Shown: positions 50,795-62,641, counted from the stretch's first letter. The stretch: DNA of 64,000 bases from Haplodiscus bocki (GCA_965655095.1 OZ296649.1:29698001-29762000); one strand, 5' to 3'. The notes: generated by a model from the letters alone, not told the origin. Program-made: numbers and translations.

Positions 50795-53700
50795 CTAATC
50801 TTCGTCGTAAATGTCACGGTTCAAGTATTTGTCTGATCTGTGTGCGAGGTATCTCTCATACTCGAAGAGGCAGTGTCTGGAAGATAGTGCTAATGTTTGG
50901 CATTTGCAATTTCGTGAGGGCACTAAGCTACAATTGAAGGTGTAGTTTGGAAGGCTTTGACGCGTATCGAGTAGTAATCTGGGGATTGTTTTGCCTACAT
51001 TGAAAGAGCAAGACTGACGCAAAGCGATAAGTCTGAGTTTGGCTTGTTAGATTGGTACTGGTGTTAAACTAGTTTGCTCAGAACTTCATAGTCTTCTGGG
51101 CCATGAGTGCTCAACAATTGATAATATATCTGCTGGGTTTTAGTTTCGTCTACCGCAATTTGTGATTTTTTGAAGTCCTTCAGAATCGCGACGTCTTGGT
51201 TCACATTCTTGTCTTGAGACTCCACTACACAGCTTTTCAAGTTATCGTTTGACTGCATAAGTTTTTTGAAGCATCTTGCTGTCAGTGTCTCACAGTGGAG
51301 GTCTAGTGGGTGTGTCCCGGCTAAAATTTCAGCAACGCAGTTGCTAGTCGATATTGGAACACCTAACGCTTGCTTGACATTTCTGTTTTTGAAGTGTGAA
51401 GGGTGCGAAGATTTTTCCATGGCCACACTGGCGTTGCGTATAAAATTCTTGCCAAGAAGACATTAAAGTAGATTGTGATCATCGGTTTGGTGCCCAATCC
51501 CTACTTGAATCCAACGTGCTTAGCCATTGACTGAAAGTGATACTGAGCGCGTCTATTCGTGTTATTTGCATGGGATTCGAATAACAACTTGGAGTCAAAT
51601 TCTTGAATAGAGTCAAATTGAAGCTACGCCAAGAATCCTGCAGCTATCGGAAACTGTGACTGTTTTACTGCCAATTTTGTGTGATGGAAGCTTACCATCT
51701 ACTAACATGGTTAGAACCAGTATAGATTTCTCTACGTTCATTTTGAGCCGCCACTTGGTGCACCGTTGGATGAATTTCAGAAGGGTTTTTCTTGTTCAAT
51801 CGTCTAATTCGACTTTGGTGTCTACGCTGATCAAGAGATTACCACCTATTGCATTTTTGAAATTCTCTGCTTCTGTTCTGGAAAACATTTCCCAAACAAA
51901 AATGATAAACAAAAGCGCTTAGAGAACTGCACCCTGCGGTACTCCGATGTTGTTTCTGAACGTTTCACTTTTCTGGTCGCCAATTTCAATGTAAAGACAG
52001 AGTCGAATACTTTTTGAAGGTCCAATGATATCAAAGCGCCCACTCGCTTTCTCGCCGTCAAGTTTCTGCATTTAATCATCAGTCAGTACAGAAGGCGTAC
52101 GGTGCTTTTGCGTTTCCGAAATCCTTCTTGTTCCGCATCCAAAATTCCCTCTTGTTCCACATCCAAAACTCCCTCTTTTTCTGCAAAGGCTCGGATTTTT
52201 AATTGTAGCGCGCGTTCGAATAGTTTTCCAACGTAGCTGGATAATGTGATGACGTGGCATGACCAAGGTCTGGAGTAGTTCATTTTTCCTTGTTCCCGAA
52301 GAAATAAGACTTTATTGGTTTCCCATAGCCTGCTTTTTTTCCTCTAAGCATTTGTTGAACCGTTGAAGCATTAGTTCCCTGGAACTAGGTCTAGTACTCT
52401 TTAGCATCTTGGGGTGATAATTGTTTGTGTCAATAGCTTTGTTGGCAGTGAGGAGTTGTTTGATTGCGTAGTTTATGTCTTGCCAACTCAGCGGGTCGTT
52501 TTATTAGTGCGTGTCATTCCAGCTTGTAGAGAGTTGTTCCATCTATTCGTTGATCGAGTCATTCAAAGTGTTGTCCAAGTGAAACTGTGTCATGTGCTTT
52601 CCCATGAAGAAGATTTCCCGCAGTAATTAGTCTTGCTCGCTGTTTTAATGAAGTAACCTGACTCCTTCTTCAATGGAGCAGTGCCTTGGCTAACATCGGT
52701 TTTGTACACTTTACCCACGTTCTGCCAGAAGTTTCGAGCCTTAGTCTCAACCCGTTTAACAGTGAGTTGGTCCAGTTGTTGGACTTTCCTATCAAGAAAC
52801 TTCTGAAGATGCCTTGTTCTTTCAAAACATTCGTTTCTTGGTGTGCATCTAATTCGATAGATCGTTCTGTCGGTCCGCAGCAATTGACTGGCTTCCTTGA
52901 GTTCTTGCTCCAGAAAGGTTTCGAGTGCATGCAACACCGTTTCATGAGTTCGCTGTGTGCATCGTTTAGAAGCTCTTTTGTCATTTACCATAAATTTGTT
53001 TCATTTTTTGTTTCTATTCAGGGCCGCACATTTGCTTTGTTTCAAGTTTAACTTTCCGAGCATCCCAGTTTGCTGTAGGGATGTCTGGTTCCTTTGAGAT
53101 TTCCTTTTTTTGGGTGGCCGGAGGTCTATTGCGCTCAGTACTGGTACGTGTCCTCTCCTGAGAGCTCCGGTGAACAATTCCACTTCATCGTTCATCGTCA
53201 ATGTAATGACGCATCGGTTTTGCTTTCACTTTTGAAAAGAGTAAACGGAAGTCGATAACACTTTCCGTCGACTGACTAGAAAGTGGGCACATATGGGCTT
53301 TTTTATGTATAAGCTCTGAATTGATGATAGAAAATTGTCAAGCAGATTTCCGTGATTGTTGAATTTAGCATCATGCCACATTGTGTGTCTGGCATTGTAG
53401 TCACCTGAAACCTAGCGGGCCCTAATTGTTTGTTTTACTGAAATCTGAGGCTTTCTCAAAGTCTTGTGGAAGATCATCATCTGAGTCTCGCACTCTGGTG
53501 TTTTGTATACAGATGCTACTAAAGAAAAACATTACAAGTAGGCAATAGAGCAGACGGCATCAACTTCGTTTGTCTTCAGATCGTGTATTTCACAAAACAA
53601 TTAATTTTTCCTGATGAGCCGGCTCACTCCTCCCTTATTGCGGTTATGGCAACTCGGTAGTACTTCGAAGTTGGCAAACTCATCGTTGGAGATAGTTCTG

Positions 53701-53830
53701 TGGGTTTCTCCCAGAGCTATAAGTTGTGAGTGTGTGTCTTGCAGGTATTTGTTCAGCGCAACTACCTGGCATGATAAATCCGTAGGTGTTTAGCTCTAGG
53801 AACTTTACTGTCAAAGTATTAGGATTCATT
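50795..53830 (-). pseudogene. LINE ORF2 remnant: apurinic endonuclease + reverse transcriptase + C-terminal Cys/His motif
   Basis: APE: QLIALGETH, NKGGVS, VASVYKTP, GDYNARH, SVID, GHVPV. RT: ITLSSYVGKLFER, QEGFRKRKST, LISLDLQKVFDSV, GVPQG, LKMNVEKS. C-terminus: NCKCQTLALSSRHCLFEY. Confidence 0.9.
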
Positions 53831-53849
53831 TACAGCGTCGAGTATTCGT

Positions 53850-55930
53850 TGCTGAAATTTTTGTGGTTTTGGCTGGTTGCGACTCTCATAGATTTTCTTT
53901 ATGGTGATCAGAATACCGGGCAATCCCTGGAGTTTGAAACCTTTTTTGTTCCACAGTTAGCGCACCCAAGGTTTTCCGTTTGAGTGCAGTCGTTGGTTCG
54001 ATGGGTTTGCTGGCAGTTCCTGCATTTGACACTCGCTCGACATGTTTTTGCAATGTATCAAAACTTCTGACATCTGTAGCATCTTGTGACTCGAATAAAT
54101 TCCGAGTGCTCGTACTTCTCTGGGCGATACAAATGCTTGGACAATAAGATTCCTTCCGCAATGAGTTCTCTTTCCGGTTCTCTGAAGTCAGTTTTCACAG
54201 TGTTCAACTTTTTCCCCTCTTTCGTTTTGAATCTGCGTACCTCAGAGTCTTGTTTTTTTATGCTGTAGCTCGACTCAATTTGTTGACTCATCGGTTTCTG
54301 CGAACAATTGGTCAATTGTTTGATCGGCAGAAAGTGTTTCGTATCTTGGGCCGCTGGTAATCTTCCTGCTGTTTTTGATCGCAGAAAGGTTGGGTTTCAG
54401 TTCTCAAGGACGTCTGTCCCGTCCTGTTCGTTGTCGAACTCCAATTGTAGATTGTTTTGGCTGTTGCGGAAGGCGTATATCAGTCTTTTTCATGGGACGA
54501 GTTCGAAAAACCTTTTTCTGATTACTGGGCTGTTCTTTGGGTTGCTTGTGTTGGCGTTCGTAATGACCACGCTTTCCTTGTTGTTTCTCTGAGGTTTGGG
54601 TTGTTGATTTTTTGTGTTTTGCTGCTCCGTGACAACTTGATTCTTTTTCGTGACATTTGAATGTCACATTCGTGTTCAAAATTTCACTCGTTTCCTCGAA
54701 GGAAGTCATTTTGTTTTTCATTTCAGCGTTGGTTTTCTGCACCTCGTTGCAGGTGTCTTTCTCTGCGCTCATCTCACTTTTCGCAGACTGAATCTCAGTG
54801 GCAGTTTGGTGACGTTCGTTTGACAAATCTTTGGCCTTTCTAGCGCTCTTTATTATTTCTATAGCTTTTTGGATGTGCAGTTTCTCATTGTGTATGCCAG
54901 CTTCGAACATCGATTTGGCCTAACATAGCAGTTTTTGCAGCACCATTAGGATTCGGAAATTTGTCGTGGTTTCATGTTGTACTTCGTTCATGCCAACACA
55001 TGTGATGTGAAACCATACGTCACAGCCGTCGCACTGAACGTAAAGTTCTTTTTTGTCGGTGAGTTTCCCGAATGTTTTTTGTTCATTTCTGACATCTGTC
55101 GTTGCTCACTGAGGAGCTTCTGTTTTTGGTCTTTTTGCCCAATCCTTTGTGACATCTGAGCCCCACCAGAGTAATTAAACCCCAGGTGTATCACACAAAG
55201 AACTAGGAAGTAAGCAAACCAGTTGCTAACTTTGTTTTGTCTCGCTGTGTCTTTTCTGAGACTTCTTTTTGTTTCTTGGTTTGTCTTTCTTGTGGGAGAT
55301 TTTAGTGAGGTCGTCATCGCGACGCAGAACAGTCGCTGCTAAGTTCAGCCTCGAAGCTGATACAGGATGTTTTTGTTTCAGGTTTCGACAGTTTTTCTCG
55401 TTTCTTCGCTTACGCTTGGAGACGCTTGTCTTCTGACGTCAATTATAGGAACGCCTGCTTTTTTCAGTTCGCCGAAGATGTCAGTTGATCCTTCTCGTTG
55501 CACGTATAGAACTACAGCTATTTTTGGTGCTTTTACAGGACTTGGACCAGTTCGTTGAGAGTCAGCGGGGTGTAGTGTTTCTGCTGTGGGGCGAAGCACC
55601 CTGACTGATGATGTCGTGCCAAATGACCTGTTTTCCAGATGTTCTGTTGGCTAGTCTGCGAAAGTTTCCGTTTACTAGGAGGTGCTTCAAGTTTTTCAGG
55701 GGGTACCAGTGGCAGAAACTGAGACCTGGTTTTGTGAAGGACCTGTAGTCTCTTGAAGACGTGATAGGAGTTCTGGATTGCTTGATGCAGGGAGTTGGTT
55801 CCCAAAACGAACACCATGAACCAGTCGACGGGAGTTTACGTTGAAGGTAGAGGGATTGAAAAAATTTGGACGTTGAGAGATAGATGACTTCACCTGTCCA
55901 TCCGCTAGGAACAAACAGGACTTTTGATAA
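53850..55930 (-). pseudogene. LINE 5' ORF(s): SGNH-esterase-like block, PHD finger, coiled coil, three CCHC-type knuckles
   Basis: CLFLADGQ (~55900) and VFVLGTNSL (~55800); VQCDGCDVWFHITCVG...WCCKNC (55040-54928); RCYRCQKF*YIAKTC, KCRNCQQTHRTNDC, GCANCG (54085-53950). Confidence 0.8.
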
Positions 55931-56036
55931 TTGTTCGTAGAACAGTGATTCAGTCCCTCACCTATTTGACTGAAAGTACACTATTTCCAAACGGGGTTGG
56001 AACGGTCTATATAATAATTTTATCACAACAATTATG

Positions 56037-56045
56037 CTTCCATGA
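56037..56045. repeat. Target-site duplication CTTCCATGA (right)
   Basis: Matches 50637-50645. Confidence 0.9.
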
Positions 56046-56405
56046 AAGAACCATTCATCGTCTTTTATGACGCCAGCCAGTTTTCCATCGGCGCCGTCCG
56101 TGCTCTAGTCCGGAATGGCCTCGAGCGAGTCATTTGCTATGCTTTCGAATATCTCAGCAAAGCCCAAAGTCGCTATTCGACAACAAAGCGAGAACTTTTA
56201 GCTGTAGTCAATAAATAAGACAATTCAAGGTTTACCTTCTTGGCCGACAATTCAAGATCATTGTGGACCACGGAGCGTTCCAGTGGTTCCATAAATTGAA
56301 AGATACAGACGCCTTGACTGCTCGTCGCCCTGGAAAACTCGCCACCTTCGACTATGAGATTGAACACCGAAGAGGTAAAAGCATTGGACATGCTGACTGC
56401 TTGTA
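56037..56405 (+). pseudogene. Gypsy RNase H remnant
   Basis: KEPFIVFYDASQFSIGAV, RVICYA, AQSRYSTTKRELLAVV, GRQFKIIVDHGAFQW, FDYEIEHRRGKSIGHADCL. Confidence 0.93.
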
Positions 56406-56709
56406 ACGACCCCCGGCAACAGCCACCGCTCTTCACATGACTATAACCATAGACGTTGACCCTTCGCTGACGGGCAGCCGAACCCCTCCTCGCAAAATCT
56501 TCCTTCTTCAAACAGTCAATTTACAACAGCACCACAGTCGAATTGCACCACCATGCCACGGGAAACCGATGAGAATAATCGGACTGATGATGAGCGGGCT
56601 GATGTCGAGAAAGGCTACAAAGCCAGTGCAAATAACGATCAGACTGATTATGAGCAGTCTCAGGTCGAAAGAACCCATAGAGACGGAGCAAACAAAACAG
56701 TATCACAAT

Positions 56710-57090
56710 TCACAGTAATCGAACAGCAAGGAATTTGGCTGGATGCTCGACATTCAGTCGCCGACTGTATTTTAGCTGATTTCAAGCTGGGGGCTGGTCT
56801 CGCGAAACAAATCAAAGAAAAGTTTCCAAGTTTTTTCACGACGGAAACGAGTACAAGCGATAGGTAGTGCACGAACATTACTCGGGTAATGATAAATTTG
56901 TGTTTCATTTGATCGTCAAACCGCGCTATACTCACAAGCCTATTTACCGCTCCCTGAGAAAAGCATTCGCCAATTTTCTTTCTCATTTGAGTTTCTACCG
57001 AATCGAAAAATTCCGTATTCACATCTATCATGTGGCTTGGACAAACTTGATTGTAATGACTTAGAAAACATAATTCTTGAAACTATCCGG
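56710..57090 (+). pseudogene. TARG1/OARD1 (Poa1p-like) macrodomain remnant embedded in pol
   Basis: IEQQGIWLDARHSVADCILADFKLGAGLAKQIKEKF / KFVFHLIVKPRYTHKPIYRSLRKAF / SCGLDKLDCNDLENII match the successive TARG1-family motifs (AHCIS.D..MGAGIA..FK.KF; YYLITK....KPTY..L; P.IGCGLD.L.W). Confidence 0.85.
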
Positions 57091-57169
57091 GCTTGAAACC
57101 TCGAAGTAACCGGTTTCACCCTACAAACGTCACCAGAAAGCACCACACATGGTGATCGAAACCCAGCAA

Positions 57170-58270
57170 CAGATTTACAGAAAACACAAGATACTGGGAT
57201 AAATCAAGTTTTTACTTGGGCACCAAACAACTCTCGTCCTCCCCTTTCCCAGCTTCAGTTTCTCTCTGTCAATGTATGGAAGCTTTGGAATCTTTCTGAG
57301 GAGCTCACAATCTGCCACGGCATTCTCAGCTGGAAGCAAGAAAATCTCAAACCTGTCAAATGGGTTTCGAACAACTCGTTCTGCCCGCACTAGTTCCAAC
57401 ACATACTCCCTTCCTTACTTGTCTGACAACCCCTTTGCCCTTCTCTGAGTAACCAAGACTTGAGAAAAAATACGCTCCCGTTTCTATTGGCCTGAGCACA
57501 AACGATGCCAGTGTTTGTGGCCAGTTGCTTTGTTTGTGAGAAACGCAACAGTCCCCAGAAGAAATACATCCATAGTCTGTGGGCACGGAAGCCCAGTTTT
57601 TCCTTCCCAACGGTCGGTATTGACTTCTTAGGCCCACCAGCTCTCTCCGGAAGAAGTCACTACATTCTTTTGATCATTGATCATTTCACCTAGTGTCGTG
57701 GAGCAGTGGCGCTACCAGATGAGTCAGCTCCAACAACAGTCAAAGTCCTCGTGGAATATTGCATCACCCGCTTCGGCTGCCCCGAGAGCCTTCACTCCGA
57801 CCAAGGGCGTAACTTTGAAGCCTAACTTTTGACAAGCCTGAAAACTCCTCCAAATAACTGAAAACTCGCACAACCGCTTCCCATCCACAATCCAATGCCG
57901 TTTTAGGAAGGTCAAACTGTACGCTACACGAAATGTTGACTAAAACGACCGACGAAAATCAACGCAATTGGTCTGAACGCCAAGGGAAGCCACGTGGACT
58001 AACTGTCGTGAGTTTTTTGCTGTAATACGGCTTCGCTTCCTAAAGGCCGGCGAGCTGGCTCTTCAGCATATGCAGGGCCAACGAAATCGGCAACATGCGC
58101 CTTGTGACTCTGAAGTACTTGACCCTACATACACCGTAGGCCAATTGATCTTCCTCCATAGTCCCATAACTCCCGAAGGACTGAGTCCAAAACTTCATTC
58201 TTTTTGGCGTGGTCCTCATGAAATAAGTCATCAGCGAAGTGACTCACAAACTTTGCGAGGTAGAAACAAA
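57170..58270 (+). pseudogene. Gypsy integrase remnant with GPY/F-like motif
   Basis: RFYWP, VASCFVCEKR (HHCC cysteines), VGIDFLGP, YILLIIDHFT, RFGCPESLHSDQGRNFE, RTTASHPQSNA, VGQLIFL...SPKLHSFWRGPHEI. Confidence 0.95.
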
Positions 58271-59199
58271 TAAAAGTTGATCGTTAACTGGAATGGCATG
58301 CAATCTTGCCGTTCGCCCCTGGTGGTTTCGTCGTCAAAGCCAACACGTCTACTACACCTACGAGGCTACCAGCCGAGTTCACTCCCAATCCTCTACCTGC
58401 TTAGGGCCATTCTTGTCTGTATGCGGCCAATTTGGATTGTAATTCAACAGCTGGCCCAGTTCCCCTCTCAGGTTCTGTCGTACAAGTTCTGAGAACAGCA
58501 AAAGCTACCCCGGCAGTGCCACCAGTTGTTACTGACAACGTTCCGGCATCCTCCGCGCCCCTAGAGGAAAATAAATTCCCAAACTGTTCATGTCCTTCCG
58601 ACTCCAATATCCCTGTAGCCGTTAATTCGACAAATTGTTTCTTCAACACTGCCGTTTCCTCGGCCTTTTTTTGAATACTCATCTACGGGAGTTCAAACCG
58701 TAATTCTTCCTTCCCCTCTGGTTTCCCCAGAGATACTTCGAAAGCCACCAAAAACGTCAATCCGGAGCACCGCTAATTGACGATCTCTTGGGTAATGCAT
58801 CTTCGCGTTTGAAAACATTCTCTAGAATACGAGCTTCTGACCAGGAAAGTCCCGGTCCGTTACGTTACAGAGTAACACAGTCAATCAAAGGCGTGCCACC
58901 GCTCAAGTTATCTCCAACAAAAATTTCACATACTATTTGAAGAACGAACTAGGACTCGCAATGGCGCGATGCGCAGCTTCCTTTGGCCAATCGCCTAAAA
59001 CAACGCAGTTTACAGCACAAACATCTGTCCGCTACCGTCCGACCTGCTGGGAATTCCTTTCCAGGACACTCGGAAAACAAAATGGTTTTATAACTGGTCC
59101 CAAGTAGCCAGCAGGCTTGAACAAAAACCATATCTTCCCGTCATCAGCGTTAAACACGGTTCATCAACGCATCAGTTTACGTAACTTTTTAAACCCATA

Positions 59200-61260
59200 C
59201 TAGTAACATCATACATTTTTGTTTTTTTTCCCAGTGACAACAGTCTTCTGGTATCTTCCCGTTGTTTATAGCCGTTTTTGTAAAGATTTCGCAACTTTAT
59301 ACTCAAGTACACCTGTTTTGTTTCCAATGTTCCACTGGGTCAGTTTCCCTGATGGTTCTCCTGCAGATGGCACTCCAATCATCCAGAAAGGCGATGCATT
59401 AATACATAACTATCGAGCTGTCACTTCGGAGAGCGAAAGCAAAGTCCGTCTTTTCTCCCTTCACACTACCGCCGTCAGTTGATCTAACAGCAGTCGCTCC
59501 ACTCATTGAAATTGTCAACAATATCCGAAATTGTTTGAGCTCCTTGCATTTTGTTCAATTGGTTGCTTCTATCGAAAACGGCTCAATCGCTATGTTTAGA
59601 TCACAGAGTCGTGCTGATGGCCTCAGGGAGAGTGTCTAATATCGTATACAGCTACTAGAGGATGAATATTTTGGTTTTGCAAAGGATTATTCTAAACTAT
59701 ATCGTCTTTTTTCGAGCCACCTACGATGGAGCTTCCCTCCTTTCAGTCTCGTCACCATCTACCACGACGACTTTGCCCGCACTCATGGCGGCTTTTGGTA
59801 TCGCTGGTCTTGTCCTAGGAAACCCAATACGAAACCTGCCGGCAGAGCCCTCTCCAGTTTTTCAATCTATGCAGTGATAACTCCGTTTTGAAGAATAACG
59901 TGCGCAATTCGCTCCAACGTCAAGACAATTCGAGCAGTGTTTCCGTCGTGTCCCCAAAACTAATGACAAGGACTTCTTCCTTCTGGGTTGAGACATCGCT
60001 GTTACCCAGACGATAGTTCAAGCCTTACGAGATGTCACAGATGCCTGTCTAAATGCCACATGAGAATCAGTTCAACTCAGTTCACAGTTAAACATCATGG
60101 GTGAATGTCCAGCGTAAATTCGAACTCTTCGTAGATAAAGTCCATATCTACACGTCTTCTCCGGATGGCGCTCATTTGCACTTAAAATCTTACCGTGCTT
60201 CGTTTGTGTCGCATAAAAGCTCGATGTTTTCTGCTATGTTCTCCCTCTCCTCTGGTTTTGTCGCACCCAGATTCCTCACACCCGACCAACTCGTTGCGAT
60301 TGTTGACGACCTTACTGAGGAACAGATTCGAGCAGGTACGAAGCTTGCCGCAGCCATTTAACTTAGTTTTGGGGTTATTTACTATGAAATCCAAATTGTA
60401 ATCGAACTCACTGTCTTACAGGAAGGCCTCTCCATCGTCTGGGGTATACCAATGAATTGAAAATAGTCCACCTTATTCTGTTCTTTATTTTTCTCATGAG
60501 TTCCTGGCTTTTGCTACTGATAACTCACAATACGCTGAATTGAGTGCTACTGCTCTCAATCACTGTGCTGGAACAAATCGCATTAAATTGAGCCGAAAAG
60601 GTTTTTCGACCACCACGGATGAAACCTTTCCCTGTTGGACGTCTCTATTTTATGAGTGCAGAATCCCAGTTCTTCGTTAATGTTTAGTGGACTCTGTCTT
60701 GTTGCGGGAAACCCCGTAAGCTTCGTATTCAGCGTATGGCGTTCACCACGTCATATTTCGTACTCCAGTTTTACAGGTCCAGAACTATATCGATGGCTTA
60801 CCTCTGTTCATATCCACCCTCCAGTGTCAAGCCTGTCTTTTTCGACCCAGTTTTTTGTCAACCCTCACCTATAACCATGGAGATCTCGTTCATACCCCGA
60901 ATATGGCTTTTTGTGAAACCCGGTCCGAACCTTTGATTGCATCTGTCAACCTCGCCGCTCCTTTGGCCGCAGTCTCCAATTCATTGCCTCCCACCAGCCC
61001 CGTTCTGAAGGTGAAATCATCTGGCGAGGCGCGCCGTTAAATTGTTTCCGACCTACAGTTGGAGCTCGCCGCTCTGCCCCACGTCTAACCAATGACCTCA
61101 GAAGATCTTCGCACAGTGGCCCAACCATTTTCGCGATTTTACACGGCTGATTCTGCTTCTTCCAGCCGTGCTCTAGCAGATTACATGTCTATGCGGTTTG
61201 CTTTTTCATCGGCATGCATATCCATGACCATTTTCCTCTTGCAATACAATCATCATTATG
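59200..61260 (+). pseudogene. env-like membrane glycoprotein remnant
   Basis: Third coding region after INT. Hydrophobic N-terminal stretch, Gly/Ala-rich LPALMAAFGIAGLVLG (fusion-peptide-like), amphipathic helix then SLSSGFVAPRFLTPDQLVAIV, a Cys-rich region (HCAGTNRIK..KGFSTTTDETFPC; CQ...P) and a C-terminal hydrophobic segment MRFAFSSACISMTIFLL. Confidence 0.7.
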
Positions 61261-61310
61261 CATATTGATTTTCGTGTTTAAATCCACTCGAGCTTTCCTC
61301 CAAGCTCTGC

Positions 61311-61322
61311 TGACGTCACGTG
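61311..61322. promoter_or_regulatory. Overlapping CRE (TGACGTCA) / E-box (CACGTG) motif, also present in many monomers
   Basis: TGACGTCACGTG is seen directly; function untested. Confidence 0.3.
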
Positions 61323-61393
61323 GTCTTACCAAGCATTACAATTTCCATTCTTTTTTAAATTTTCTGACCTAGTTGATGAATTTGTTGTTTCAG

Positions 61394-61965
61394 GTCTCCT
61401 CTTCCAGGTGCCATCTTGCGCTGCTGATGCTAATTGTGGATCCGTTGTCTTCCTCTTGGAGACACAACCTGACCATCTTCGCCTGTACCGTCAAACTGAA
61501 ACCCTTCGCGTGTGCCTAGCTTTCGATTTCCATGGGAAGACCTTATTCGTGCCGATGTCAACAATCTGGAGCCCGCCGAAGCCGATGACATCCTTTTCTA
61601 TTAAAACAGAGCCAATGAATTTCAGATGCGTCCCCTGTCCGCTTCGCCCATCCCCACTTTAGTTGTGCCGGATGTTCGGCTTTTTGCGACTTTAACTTCT
61701 ATGCTGACCCCATCCGTCTCCTGTTTTACCGACTCGACTGTCGACCGTGAATTTGTTGCCCTTCTCAAGGATACCGATGAACTGGATGACCTTCAAAATA
61801 CTCTTGGCGCTGAAAGAGCGCTTTCTCCGCCTCGGAAACAAATTTCACCGCCTTCGGGAAAGATTGGATATCACGATGAAAGAATTAGAGGCGAAGGTTA
61901 CTGAAAGCAACATACTTGAACGGAATGCCAAGAACCTTAAAGCAAAACTGTGACTGATCTTCGAC
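61394..61965 (+). pseudogene. 3' accessory ORF of the element (frameshifted), preceded by a splice-acceptor-like site
   Basis: Pieces 61408-61662, 61626-61904 and 61747-61953 together give the same protein as 34972-35598; upstream lies ttttctgac...ttgttgtttcag. Confidence 0.6.
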
Positions 61966-62066
61966 ATGCAGTCAATCAACGAGATTCCGGCCATTTCTGG
62001 CGCCTTTGCAACCCGCGACCTATTTACGAATGGTGGAACTAGAATGATGCGAGGACCCATTTCGTT

Positions 62067-62078
62067 GAAGGAGTGGAC
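62067..62078 (+). promoter_or_regulatory. Polypurine tract
   Basis: gaaggagtggac lies immediately before TGTCCAAC; the monomer equivalent is gaaagaggggac/gagagagggcac. Confidence 0.65.
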
Positions 62079-62636
62079 TGTCCAACGGACTTGTTTTCAT
62101 TTTTTTATCACCTGTACATTTGTACGCACATATATATGAATCCCTTTTTTTATGCAATTGCACTAATAATTCAATCCCTTGATGCAAAATAACGACTGGG
62201 AATACGCCTGAATTCAAAAAGTATGTATCTTTCTTTTAATTTGTCCCAACACGCTTTCATCACCTTTCTTCGTTCCCAATGAGTAATAGACTAAACGCAC
62301 GTGACTTGTAACCTGTGCTCACCTGAATCGATTTGCAGTTTTAGAATAACATCGTAATGAATTTCTTTCTTTGCAACTCATCCCCTATTTTAGCTGCCAA
62401 TCCTTGTGCACCAAACTAGACCCGTAAACGCCTTACCGACAAATAGCTTGCTTTCTGGTTTTTCTCCACTTATCATACGAGCAGAAAACATCAACACTAT
62501 AAACATTGCGACGACTTTTGGGTTTTTCTTCGTCAAGTTGATTCTTTTTTACCTATTTTTGATGATAAAATCAAACCTTTTAAGACGAATTTTAGCCAAT
62601 TTTACCTGAAAGAAATGGCTCCCTGGCATGGGGACG
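62079..62636 (+). repeat. 3' LTR (~558 bp)
   Basis: Starts TGTCC after the PPT and ends GGACG (imperfect inverted terminus, expected GGACA). The end point coincides with the end of homology to 42031-42559. Confidence 0.75.
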
Positions 62637-62641
62637 TTGCG

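Larger units (their letters stand above)
50646..56036 (-). mobile_element. Non-LTR retrotransposon (LINE, APE-type, I/Jockey-like), apparently near full length, degenerate
   Basis: Bounded by the 9-bp TSD. Minus strand carries ORF1-type domains, APE, RT and a C-terminal Cys/His motif; short (AT)n at the 3' end. Confidence 0.93.
42031..62636 (+). mobile_element. Degenerate env-bearing Ty3/Gypsy-type LTR retroelement, interrupted by a duplication and a LINE
   Basis: Order LTR-PBS-gag-PR-RT-RH-(macro)-INT-env-like-PPT-LTR. PR-RT-RH-INT order plus a GPY/F-like motif indicates Ty3/Gypsy. All frames carry stops and frameshifts. Confidence 0.93.

Noticed and set aside
58277-59131. Separate gene between integrase and env
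   Set aside because: Pro/Ser/Thr-rich fragments best read as a decayed low-complexity pol C-terminal extension; no chromodomain recognised.
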